Source: a bacterium
GTDB lineage: Bacteria > Patescibacteriota > Minisyncoccia > Moranbacterales > UBA2206
Direction of reading: 5' to 3'
Assembly (NCBI GenBank): GCA_030654225.1
Contig: JAURXY010000031.1
Span: 1,431 to 65,430 of the forward strand
Length of the DNA stretch: 64,000 bases
Shown: positions 9,862 through 18,743 of the stretch, piece after piece
How the letters are laid out: each line of letters starts with the position of its first letter
Numbering within the stretch: the stretch's first letter is position 1
Notes under the pieces: generated by a model
Database searches by the model: none
Seen by the model: the letters and a program-made list of their open reading frames with translations, nothing else
What the model was told of the DNA's origin: nothing
Translations under genes and position numbers: made by a program

Positions 9862-9908
9862 CGCCCGCCTCGCGTCGACAAGCGGCCTCCGCGAGTCGAG
9901 GCGGGTAG
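9862..9908. repeat. GC-rich REP-like palindromic element, copy 1 (cgcccgcctcgcgtcgacaagcggcctccgcgagtcgaggcggg)
   Basis: An island of ~70% GC in a 35% GC genome. Arms gcctcg/cgaggc plus internal symmetry. A near-identical copy lies at 50845-50888. Confidence 0.45.
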
Positions 9909-10043
9909 TTTCGCATCGGTTATATAATACCATATTAAAACTAAACAAAAAAGACCCCGCAAGTGCAGAGTCTTTCTATAAATATAAACACAAATTATTC
10001 GCATGTCCGGCGTTCGTAGTGCCGGTCCATCAAAGATGGATAA

Positions 10044-10373
10044 CTATATTTTGATATCACCAACTACTTCATCAATAGTTTTTCGTCCAGTTGATCCTGC
10101 ATCCATTCTTCTTTCACTTCCTTCTGGTTCATTGATTTTCAAATTAACGCGAGCATTGTTTCGCGCTCCGATAACTCGAAGGAGTGTTCGAAGAGCTTTA
10201 GCTGTAGCGCCTTCTCGTCCAATGATCATTCCCATATCTTCGGCATTTACATCCAAAGTTATGAGTACTCCCATTTCATCAATTTTTCGGTCAACTTTCA
10301 CATCTTCCGGGTGGTTTACAATTTGTTTAACGACGTATTCTACGAAATCTTTGTCGGTTGCTTGTTCTGCCAT
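10044..10373 (-). CDS. KH-domain RNA-binding protein (YlqC/UPF0109 family)
   Basis: 109 aa. GMIIGREGATAKALRTLL is a KH GXXG-type motif. Conserved position upstream of trmD. Confidence 0.7.
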   Translation of the reverse strand: MAEQATDKDFVEYVVKQIVNHPEDVKVDRKIDEMGVLITLDVNAEDMGMIIGREGATAKALRTLLRVIGARNNARVNLKINEPEGSERRMDAGSTGRKTIDEVVGDIKI

Positions 10374-10506
10374 ATGTGTGTACTGAAAATTAAGTATTAT
10401 TTATCCGATATTTAATCGGAATTATTTCCAAGAATCTAAGGATGAAAGAAAGATCGACCGAGCTATCTAATCCTCTTCTTCTTTTGCCTATATTATAATT
10501 TATATC

Positions 10507-11262
10507 TTAGTCTTTGTCAACCGAAATTTTGACTGCATATTTCCCCGAAAAATAGTTCGTTCTGATACGAATTAGATCAACTAGCATATTGAACGAATCG
10601 CGATATATTCGAATACTACTTTCTGTTGGATTTTGCAAAACTATCGGTAATTCTTTTATCCGGTATCCATTTTTGACAGCGATAAAAATAACTTCCGCGT
10701 CAAAAGCAAATCGATCTATAGTCATCAAAGGAAAAATTTTCATGGCCGTTTCTCGAGAAAAAACCTTAAAACCGCATTGCGTATCTTGAATTGAATAGTT
10801 GTTGGTAATTGCCATGCGTAAAAGTCGAAAAATCTTTTCCATAAATTGACGATACCAAAGCACTGGCTTGGTCACTTTCAATCCTGGCACAAATCTCGAA
10901 GCAATGGCGATGTCAAATCCATCATTTAATGCTTCGATAAAATTTTCCAAGCTTTCAATAGGAATGGCCAAATCGGCGTCCAAAAACATGACTGTCTCGT
11001 AACGACTTTTCAAGATTCCACTCTTAACTGCATGCCCCTTGCCGGAATTGATTTTATTGTCAACTAAAATCAGCTTTGGCAAATTCTTTTTGGCTTGCAA
11101 AATTTCTTCTCGCGTGTTGTCAAAACTACCATCATTAACAATGATAATTTCATAATCTAAAAAATTATTTTCCAAATGGTCATTTATCTTTTCAACATTT
11201 TGACGAATGAATTTTCCGCCATTGTAACAAGGGATAATGACTGATATTTTTTTATTTCTCAT
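10507..11262 (-). CDS. family 2 glycosyltransferase (polyprenol-phosphate sugar transferase-like)
   Basis: 251 aa. VIIPCYNGGKFI and IVNDGSFDNT GT-A motifs, plus a DAD motif (FLDADL). Confidence 0.7.
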   Translation of the reverse strand: MRNKKISVIIPCYNGGKFIRQNVEKINDHLENNFLDYEIIIVNDGSFDNTREEILQAKKNLPKLILVDNKINSGKGHAVKSGILKSRYETVMFLDADLAIPIESLENFIEALNDGFDIAIASRFVPGLKVTKPVLWYRQFMEKIFRLLRMAITNNYSIQDTQCGFKVFSRETAMKIFPLMTIDRFAFDAEVIFIAVKNGYRIKELPIVLQNPTESSIRIYRDSFNMLVDLIRIRTNYFSGKYAVKISVDKD

Positions 11263-11265
11263 CGA

Positions 11266-11712
11266 TTATAAAAGTTTGATCGCATCAGCCACAGTGATTA
11301 TACCAATTAACACTCCATCCGCATCTGTGACAGGATAGGAATTGAAACTTCTTTCTTTGATTAGTTTCACAAAATCTTCCACTTCCATTTCCGGCGAGAC
11401 ATTTTCACATTTACTACTCATAATGTCTTTGGCAGTAGCATGAAGCACAGCGTGCATAGCTTCTTTTTCTCCTTCGCCATATTTCATTTTTCCACTATTG
11501 ATAAAATCAATCATTGATGGCATATAAACCATGTTAGAAGAATCCTTGGTGAAAAAATCCGTTTCGGTGATAATTCCCAGAACTTTGTCCTCCGCGTCTA
11601 GCACTGGCACTGCATGAATTTTTTCTTTTGACATAATCTGCGCAATTTCCGAAATAGGAGTATCCTCTTTCACGGAAATTACATCTTTAGACATAATTTC
11701 TTTTATTTTCAT
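11266..11712 (-). CDS. CBS-domain pair protein
   Basis: 148 aa. Two CBS repeats (HAVPVLD..., YPVTDADGVLIGIIT). Confidence 0.75.
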   Translation of the reverse strand: MKIKEIMSKDVISVKEDTPISEIAQIMSKEKIHAVPVLDAEDKVLGIITETDFFTKDSSNMVYMPSMIDFINSGKMKYGEGEKEAMHAVLHATAKDIMSSKCENVSPEMEVEDFVKLIKERSFNSYPVTDADGVLIGIITVADAIKLL

Positions 11713-11850
11713 AAATTTAAAATTAAAAATTAAAACATAGAGATCATTTTCCCTATACTAATACTAGCATAAAAGAATAATTATTCCAAATAAAAATCAA
11801 AAAACTGTCCTTCAGGGACAGTTTTAAAAAAATTGTATATTTTTTTAGTA

Positions 11851-11937
11851 TTATTTTCCCATCGTTTCCATTTTATAGATAATTCCAAATGCAAGGATGA
11901 TAGAAATCACAGCGATAATAAATCCAGACATATTCAT
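11851..11937 (-). CDS. possible small hydrophobic peptide (28 aa, MNMSGFIIAVISIILAFGIIYKMETMGK)
   Basis: Unannotated short ORF in a 470-bp intergenic region with a single predicted TM helix. No strong RBS is seen. Confidence 0.2.
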   Translation of the reverse strand: MNMSGFIIAVISIILAFGIIYKMETMGK

Positions 11938-12185
11938 AATTTTATACTTAATGATTAGTTTCTTATTTTATATAACCTATAACTCTAGCATATTTTCACA
12001 CTTTTGTCAAGATTAATTAGCCCCCTAGTATTTTAGGCTTTATACAAAGCAAATATATGTCTAGCCCTTTGATTATATTATTAATTAGGGTATAATATAT
12101 TTAGTATCTTGAGTTATTCAACTCAGGGCTCGGTCGATTACCCGCGTTTGAAACTCTTAATAATTTAATTAATAATTTAATCATC

Positions 12186-12512
12186 ATGAATCAAAAATCA
12201 AAAATAATCATCTCGGCTTTGGGAATTTTTGTATTGTTAGTTGTTGGAGTTGTTGTTTTCAACTCTAGCAAAAACATCCCAGGTAAAATTGTAACCACTC
12301 CAAAAGCAAAAACCATTGCCAAGGACGTAGCCATCACCACTACAACTGCAGTAATTGGAGACAAACAAACTGATGCCTCAATTAACACGACAATAAATGA
12401 TGTACTGTCTGACAATGATCTTGACTCAGAATTTGCTGATATCGACCTAGCGCTTTCTGACGAAGGAGAAATTGATCAAATTAATAATTTATACAACGAC
12501 AATGAATTATAA
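12186..12512 (+). CDS. hypothetical membrane-anchored protein
   Basis: 108 aa. N-terminal TM/signal anchor followed by a Thr/Asp-rich tail. Confidence 0.4.
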   Translation: MNQKSKIIISALGIFVLLVVGVVVFNSSKNIPGKIVTTPKAKTIAKDVAITTTTAVIGDKQTDASINTTINDVLSDNDLDSEFADIDLALSDEGEIDQINNLYNDNEL

Positions 12513-13332
12513 AAAACTATCTAAAATTTCTTTGATTGCTTTTCTCGCACTCACATTTATTTTTCCTTCAGTTTCTTTGGCCGTGGGAAACGCTCCTTCG
12601 CAAGAAGCCCGAGACGCCAAAAAAGCTGAGATACAAGAAGCCAAAGATGCCAAAAAAGAAGAAATTCAAACCAACAAAACGGAAAAAACTTGCGCCATGA
12701 TTTCAAATCAAGCTGAGCAAATTCAAAATCGATTGACTGAAAGAATTGCTAAACTAACGCAAAAAAGAACCGAAACTCAGGCCAGCATCGATGAGCGCGT
12801 CGCGCAAAGAACTGCCAAAAGAACTGAACGCAGAGCTAAGTGGGAAGCGACAAAAACAGCTAATTGGGAAAAGCTTCGCACCAAAGCTGGAACTGATGAA
12901 CAAAAAACAGCTGTGGAAAAATTCATTGCAACTGTGCAAACTGCGGTGAAAACCAAAAATGATGCGATTGACGCAACTCTCACTCAACTTCGCGCCGAAA
13001 TTCAAACTCGAAACAATGAAAGAAAATCAGAAATTGATGCACAAATAGCTAGTTATAAAAATGCGGTTGCTTCAATCACTAGTCAAGTTCAATCTGATTG
13101 CTCTGCCGGCAAAGACGCCAAAACAATTCGCGAATCATATCGCACGCAAATGCAACAAGCGCGCGAAACATTTCAAAACAGAGAAAGAAACCGCGAAGAG
13201 TTCAACGCTGAGATAAAGACATTGAAAGACGCCAAGAAAAGTGAAGTAACCGCTATCCTCGAAACTTTCAAAAAAACTGTCGAGGATGCCAAGGCTGAAT
13301 TGCGCTCTGCCTTTCCTGCAACAACTAAATAA
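12472..13332 (+). CDS. secreted Lys/Glu/Ala/Thr-rich coiled-coil protein
   Basis: 286 aa. Signal peptide (LIAFLALTFIFPSVSLA) and low-complexity helical repeats. Confidence 0.45.
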   Translation: MIKLIIYTTTMNYKKLSKISLIAFLALTFIFPSVSLAVGNAPSQEARDAKKAEIQEAKDAKKEEIQTNKTEKTCAMISNQAEQIQNRLTERIAKLTQKRTETQASIDERVAQRTAKRTERRAKWEATKTANWEKLRTKAGTDEQKTAVEKFIATVQTAVKTKNDAIDATLTQLRAEIQTRNNERKSEIDAQIASYKNAVASITSQVQSDCSAGKDAKTIRESYRTQMQQARETFQNRERNREEFNAEIKTLKDAKKSEVTAILETFKKTVEDAKAELRSAFPATTK

Positions 13333-13354
13333 TTCCGACTCTCAAATTTAGACA

Positions 13355-13390
13355 AAAAACCATCCCGAGTACTCGGGATGGTTTTTATTT
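13355..13390. terminator. bidirectional rho-independent terminator (aaaaaaccatcccgagtactcgggatggttttt)
   Basis: Perfect 11-bp stem flanked by an A-run and a T-run. Lies between convergent genes. Confidence 0.6.
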
Positions 13391-13413
13391 GCGCATTTAT
13401 TAATAAAATTTTT

Positions 13414-13968
13414 CTAATCAAAATAATTTTTCTCCACAAATTCAATCGCCAACAATGTATTTTTGTCTTTTATTAATTCCCTCGCCTCTTCCAAGGTTTT
13501 CCAGCCGGCTTCGTGGAATTCTTCCAATAAATTTTCTTCTACTGGATGAAAAATATTTTTGTCCACAGCGATAAAATTCCACAAATCATAATGGATTCTG
13601 CAAGGTTGTTTGGTCGGATTGTCAATTTCCGTAATCGTCAAAAGAGCGGGTGGTTTAATTGCAAAATCATTGGCGTCCAGTCCCCATTCCTCTTTCATTT
13701 CTCGAATTAAAGTTTCTCTCATTGTTTCTCCTTCATCAATATGTCCACCATTGAAAAGCCAAAATCCAGATTTTTTATGATGCCCGATAAAAACTTGTTT
13801 GGCAATTGGATCATACGTCGCAAAATAAGCGCAAACATGCGACTTGGGATTTTCATCTCTAGTTATTTTCCCTTCTTCAATTCTTTCCAAAAATTTCATC
13901 GCCAGCGCATCACCCTCAAAATTATTTTTGAGAATTTTTTCCAATTCTTCAATTTGTTTGTTTATCAT
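13414..13968 (-). CDS. NUDIX hydrolase
   Basis: 184 aa. Nudix box GGHIDEGETMRETLIREMKEEWGL. Confidence 0.75.
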   Translation of the reverse strand: MINKQIEELEKILKNNFEGDALAMKFLERIEEGKITRDENPKSHVCAYFATYDPIAKQVFIGHHKKSGFWLFNGGHIDEGETMRETLIREMKEEWGLDANDFAIKPPALLTITEIDNPTKQPCRIHYDLWNFIAVDKNIFHPVEENLLEEFHEAGWKTLEEARELIKDKNTLLAIEFVEKNYFD

Positions 13969-13972
13969 AAAA

Positions 13973-14896
13973 TTATTGAGCTTTTCTTAGTTCAATTTTA
14001 GATTTCCAGAAGAAATATCCGACTACGCCAAAAGTTGTCATGGGCGAAACCCAACTCGGAATATGCACGCCGAAACTGTCCGCTAGCATAATTGCGCCGA
14101 GAAACAAAATAGAGTACATCGCACCGTTCTTGAGATAGGCATATTTTTTGATTCGATCAATGTTGCCAACAGTGAGTTGACGAAGCACCAAGGCGCCCAA
14201 ACCATTACCAATTATGATAAGTGGCACAGATAGTGTAAAGGCAAACGCCCCAAGCACTCCATCGATGGAAAAAGTTGTGTCAATGACTTCCAAATACAAA
14301 ATTTTGCTTATATCTGACAAACCGCGACTGTTGCCTATTAATTGTTTTTCTCTTTGCTCAGCATTTTGCTTGAAGCCGTGCGTGATGAAAAAGGCCGTTG
14401 AGCCAACTACTGCGCCAAAAGCCATCATTGGATTTATTTTCATCGCAAACCACACAATAGTTGTGAGCAAAATTGAAACAACCGCATAAAACCACATTCC
14501 TTGCGAATGAAAAAATCTTTCTCCTTTGAGCCCATAGTTTTTCGGTTCGATAAACAACCAATGAAAGAAAAGAAAAATCAAAAAAACTCCACCACCAGAC
14601 AAAAGAATCGGCGCAGAAAGTTCAATCGCTTCAATTACTTTTGGATCATTGCTGAAAGTGGCGGTAAGCGATCCCAAAAATCCCAAGCTTGGAGTGGCTG
14701 CCCAAACAATCATCCAAGGCAAAAGTCCTCGCACCACAAAAACCGCAAACAAAAGTCCCCAAAGCAAAAACCATTTGCGAGCCCTTTGCCCCATCGTCGA
14801 CAAAACCTCCGCATTGACAATTGCGTTGTCGATGCTACTAATTATCTCAAACAAACACAAACCTCCAACCATCAAAATAATCGATATCCAATCCAT
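13973..14896 (-). CDS. TerC/DUF475-family integral membrane protein
   Basis: 307 aa, multi-TM. SSIDNAIVNA motif near the N-terminus as in TerC-like proteins. Confidence 0.5.
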   Translation of the reverse strand: MDWISIILMVGGLCLFEIISSIDNAIVNAEVLSTMGQRARKWFLLWGLLFAVFVVRGLLPWMIVWAATPSLGFLGSLTATFSNDPKVIEAIELSAPILLSGGGVFLIFLFFHWLFIEPKNYGLKGERFFHSQGMWFYAVVSILLTTIVWFAMKINPMMAFGAVVGSTAFFITHGFKQNAEQREKQLIGNSRGLSDISKILYLEVIDTTFSIDGVLGAFAFTLSVPLIIIGNGLGALVLRQLTVGNIDRIKKYAYLKNGAMYSILFLGAIMLADSFGVHIPSWVSPMTTFGVVGYFFWKSKIELRKAQ

Positions 14897-14979
14897 AAAT
14901 TATTTTTTAAATTATTATTAAATTCACAACTCCCTCCGCCACCTCCTCTGGCGTCAAATTCGATGTGTCTATTATAGCA

Positions 14980-15483
14980 CTATTTCTTAAGCTTATTCAA
15001 AAACTCATCCACATCCCTATCCGATTTCAAAACAAAAACGTTCTTTTCTTTTCTAATAGTTTCAAGTCTTTTGATTATATCTTTTCTGTTATCCCTTGGG
15101 AATTTCCATAAAACCCATTTCAATAAATTGAAAGATATTCTTTCTTTACAACCGGAAATTTCATCCACTCGATTTTTTTTGAGTCTTCGCTTTAGCAGTC
15201 GTCTAAGACAAGTCATACGAGGAAAATCCAGCCAAATTACAGTGTCAGATTGAGGTAAACGAATATCCAAAGTACTTCGATAATTTCCATCGATAATCCA
15301 TCGTTCGCCTTTAATAAGTTCTTCGACTTTCTTTTCCCATTCTTCACTTTCAGTTTTTGTCCAATTAGGCTTCCAGTAATGTTGATCGAGATGAATAATT
15401 TCTATATCCAAAATACTTTGCATTTTTCTAGCAAGCGTCGACTTCCCCGCCCCGCAAGATCCTAATATTAGAATTTTTTTCAT
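14980..15483 (-). CDS. P-loop NTPase / adenylate-kinase-like (topology modulation protein-like) kinase
   Basis: 167 aa. Walker A GSCGAGKSTLARKM and a small kinase fold. Confidence 0.55.
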   Translation of the reverse strand: MKKILILGSCGAGKSTLARKMQSILDIEIIHLDQHYWKPNWTKTESEEWEKKVEELIKGERWIIDGNYRSTLDIRLPQSDTVIWLDFPRMTCLRRLLKRRLKKNRVDEISGCKERISFNLLKWVLWKFPRDNRKDIIKRLETIRKEKNVFVLKSDRDVDEFLNKLKK

Positions 15484-15501
15484 ACTTTAATTTTTACCAC
15501 C

Positions 15502-16419
15502 CTAATTATTTTTCCCCTCAAAAACAGCACTTATTTTCCAGACGCCCTTTTCTCTAAAGGCTGGGATGCTTTGACGACGAGCGGAGTTGAGCAGTGCGTT
15601 CACAGACTTAATATTCTTTTTTGCATAATCAGATAATTTTACAATCTCCTCTCCTTTTAGATATGTTATTCTTTTGTGCAAGGATTCTATAAGCGCAAGA
15701 GCAATAACTTTTTCCATTGTCTTTGTTTTCCCGCTTATTCTATATTCTCCGAATGACTTATAATATTGCGCCTTTTCTTTGTCTCGAATAATAACAACCG
15801 GTAAACCGAACCTCATTAGTTGATAATTCATAAGCACTCGACCAATTCTTCCATTGCCATCGCAAAAAGGATGAACAGTTTCAAAGTCCAAATGAAATTT
15901 AGCAATTTTGTCTACAAAATATTTATCTAAATTATTCGCGTAGTAATCAAGTATCATTGTGATCATTAACTCAACTTTTTCTGGAGACGGCGCAATATGA
16001 GTTCCAACCCTCACATATTCACCTGGCTTCCTAAATTGTCCAGCAATTTTATCATTAATTCCACCAATAAGCATTTGGTGAAGAAGTAAAATTGTTTCTC
16101 TGTCAATTTCCTTTTCCTTGGATTTATCTCGGATATAGTTAATAACCCTGGATAAATTTTTTGCTTCATACACCTCTCGCACGCTCACATCTCGCGAAAC
16201 TTCCATTTCCAAAAGAATCTTTTCCGTTTCTTTGAGAGTTAGCGTTGAATTTTCAATCGCATTGGAATTATAAACAGACTCTGGAATTTCAGCTTCATCA
16301 ATCAGCGCCAAGAGCGACTCTTTGCCTTTTTTCAATTTATCATATTCTTGTTTGAGATCTTGGATACGTTTTTTGACTAGGTTTGCAATTGGCATATTTT
16401 TCACGTTAATATTATGCAC
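15502..16419 (-). CDS. Fic/DOC family protein (class II Fic AMPylase with N-terminal inhibitory motif)
   Basis: 305 aa. Canonical Fic motif HPFCDGNGRIGR. N-terminal SNAIEN matches the (S/T)xxxE(G/N) inhibitory helix. Confidence 0.85.
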   Translation of the reverse strand: MHNINVKNMPIANLVKKRIQDLKQEYDKLKKGKESLLALIDEAEIPESVYNSNAIENSTLTLKETEKILLEMEVSRDVSVREVYEAKNLSRVINYIRDKSKEKEIDRETILLLHQMLIGGINDKIAGQFRKPGEYVRVGTHIAPSPEKVELMITMILDYYANNLDKYFVDKIAKFHLDFETVHPFCDGNGRIGRVLMNYQLMRFGLPVVIIRDKEKAQYYKSFGEYRISGKTKTMEKVIALALIESLHKRITYLKGEEIVKLSDYAKKNIKSVNALLNSARRQSIPAFREKGVWKISAVFEGKNN

Positions 16420-16489
16420 TAATTATACATTATTAACGATTTTATGTCAATATATCGTTAATTTATATCAAATATTGATAATATTAACG

Positions 16490-16562
16490 CATTATTTCTG
16501 CATTAATACTGATAGCGTCGACTTCCCCGCCCCACAAGATATTAATATCAAAATTCTTTTCA
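16490..16562 (-). pseudogene. truncated 5' remnant of a paralogous P-loop kinase gene (MKRILILISCGAGKSTLSVLMQK*)
   Basis: ~85% nucleotide identity to the first 55 nt of the kinase gene at 15428-15483. Stop after 23 codons. Confidence 0.5.
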
Positions 16563-16767
16563 TGATTTTATTGCTTAATTTGAAAACATTCCGTATTTCT
16601 GCAGAATATCAGAATGTCATTATTTTAGCAATCTCATATTCTTTGACATTTTTCTAACTTCGTCTATAATACCATAATAATAAATTTGATGGTTTTTCGA
16701 TAAGTTCTTTGTGTGATATAATAAAATCAACCAAAACAAATATTAAAAATAGGAAGGAAGGTGAATT

Positions 16768-17400
16768 ATGAAAAAATACATTTTTATAGGAGTAGCTTCT
16801 TTTGTGGTGTTGCTTTTGGCTGGTTGCGGAACTCAAACCTCCACAAAAACCCAGACTGGCAATCCAACTCAAGAGAAGAAAGTAGCTTTGAATGCAGAAG
16901 GAGGAACCTGCACTGCTGACGCAAATTGTCAGACTGGACTAAAATGCGTTAGTAATAAATGTTCGTCAGGAAAGGTTAGCTCGGTTTGTGCGACATACAA
17001 AGATTGTAATACTGGGCTTTATTGCGTAAAATCAGTTTGTTCCAACCCTCCATCATATTCAAAATATTTCACTAAAATCACTATTGCCAAAATGAAAGCT
17101 GGAATGCCTCCAAGTCTGAAAAATATCCCTGTTCCAGCCACTGAATTCAACGCCACCACCGATGCCATAGAAATTGATGTTGACCCCAAGGCTGGCGTGA
17201 CTGGAGAAATATATTATGAATTGATAAATTCCACTACTGGAGAAATCACAATGTCTTCAGCTGGCAATAAAATGAAAGTCGGCAACGGTTCAACTGGAAC
17301 TGGTTTTGGAGTTCCGATGGGAACAGTTGGAGATTTTGAATTGAATATCTATTTCAATAACGAAATAGTTCACACTGTGGCAGTTAAAATCAGCCAATAA
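16768..17400 (+). CDS. Cys-rich lipoprotein
   Basis: 210 aa. Lipobox LLLAGCG. Repeated C..C.TGLKCV..KCS motifs. Confidence 0.5.
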   Translation: MKKYIFIGVASFVVLLLAGCGTQTSTKTQTGNPTQEKKVALNAEGGTCTADANCQTGLKCVSNKCSSGKVSSVCATYKDCNTGLYCVKSVCSNPPSYSKYFTKITIAKMKAGMPPSLKNIPVPATEFNATTDAIEIDVDPKAGVTGEIYYELINSTTGEITMSSAGNKMKVGNGSTGTGFGVPMGTVGDFELNIYFNNEIVHTVAVKISQ

Positions 17401-17480
17401 AAACACTTTCAAAAAAACAGTCTCAACAAGAGGCTGTTTTTGTTTTCTGAAAATAGAAAGCGGAGCGGTGGACTAAAACT

Positions 17481-17794
17481 GCTGAAAAACTCTCCCTGGA
17501 ATTGACTCATTTCCTGTCAAAGCCAACACAAAAAACACCATTTAAGGTGTTCCTGCGTATGTTCAAGCAAAGTAATAAGTTTCACAATCTTATGCGATTA
17601 GTCCAAGAGTCTATCATGTCCTGTACTAAAAGACACTGCAGATTCATATAGCTCTGCTGGGCATTGACGTTCCCCGATAAATCGGGGTCGACCGTCGGAT
17701 GAAATCCATACTGCACAACAACGGTTTTGAGGCCTATTGTCTTTAATGTGCAATACTCTGGAATTTCATCGGTTCTCCCTAGAAAGGAGGTGAT
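17481..17794. repeat. displaced copy of 16S rRNA 3' trailer (includes last ~13 nt of 16S and a processing-stem strand tcacaatcttatgcgattagtcc); candidate att site of the 30 kb island
   Basis: Blockwise ~70% identity to 47661-47979. The terminal 22 nt ttctccctagaaaggaggtgat are identical. Confidence 0.6.
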
Positions 17795-17914
17795 TCGTGG
17801 GAAGAATCGCAAAAAACAAGGATTATTTTCAAAATACTATCAATTTCATCACTGGAATATCATATCTCTTGGCATCTTTTTTGTCAAGAATTTAGTTTAT
17901 TTAGTTTATTTTTG

Positions 17915-18736
17915 TTAATTAAATATTTCATCACGATAAGCGATAACTCCATCTACCACTTCTTCAAATTTTGGCAAATCCCCCACCAAGGTTACCAGAT
18001 GAGCCTCCCAATATTTCTTAAATTGCTCTAGATGTTTTTTGTCCATCTGATAAATCAAATCTTTATCAATTTTTCTAAAATCACATTTTTCAAAAAAAGA
18101 ATCTTTAATCAATTTCAAGTCTAGCTTCTTGTTTTCGGAAATATACCAAATATCAAATAAATCTCGACTTCTAGGATAAGTTCGAATAGAGGCTGATGCC
18201 ATCAGTTTATCTATAATTATCTCCTCCATTTTGGTTGTTACTATTCTTGGTTTTCCAAAGATGTCAATATCAGAATATGGATGGAAAATTTCTTGCTCTG
18301 CTGGAGTAGTAAAAAGTTTGTCCACAAAAGAAAGGTCTATTTTTATTTTCGATTTTCCCTTAACACTTTGAAAATGCATCGTTCCCTTGAAAGCTTCCTC
18401 ACCATAATCCTCTCGCTCTTGTTTTACACTAAAAAATTCCAGTGTTGTGCCAAATTGCTGGTTAGCAATATTGCAAATCTGTTCTAAGACTGTCTTAACT
18501 TCTTCTTCAGTTTTTAAATTTCGATTGAATAGAGTGAAGTCCAAATCTTCAGAAAAGCGATATTCGGTGAAGTAGCATTTTTTGAGAGCAGTGCCACCAC
18601 GAAAAACCCAGTCTTTAGTTGCTGGATTTTCTGCGATAATTTTCAGAGCCACACCCAAGTGATAATCTTTTTCGATTATGCTGGGGTCGACTTTTGCTTG
18701 GGCTGCTTTTTGATAGACTTCATCTCGTGTAATCAT
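17915..18736 (-). CDS. AbiEii/DUF1814-family nucleotidyltransferase toxin (type IV TA / abortive infection)
   Basis: 273 aa. GGTALKKCYF...YRFSEDLDF motif. Sits directly downstream of an AbiEi-like gene. Confidence 0.7.
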   Translation of the reverse strand: MITRDEVYQKAAQAKVDPSIIEKDYHLGVALKIIAENPATKDWVFRGGTALKKCYFTEYRFSEDLDFTLFNRNLKTEEEVKTVLEQICNIANQQFGTTLEFFSVKQEREDYGEEAFKGTMHFQSVKGKSKIKIDLSFVDKLFTTPAEQEIFHPYSDIDIFGKPRIVTTKMEEIIIDKLMASASIRTYPRSRDLFDIWYISENKKLDLKLIKDSFFEKCDFRKIDKDLIYQMDKKHLEQFKKYWEAHLVTLVGDLPKFEEVVDGVIAYRDEIFN

Positions 18737-18743
18737 ATTATTT

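Noticed and set aside
10003-10386. 127-aa plus-strand ORF
   Set aside because: Antisense to the KH-domain gene. Ser/Arg-rich, no motif.
14501-14977. 158-aa Lys/Arg/Gln-rich plus-strand ORF
   Set aside because: Antisense to the TerC-like membrane protein gene. The composition is the mirror of hydrophobic codons.
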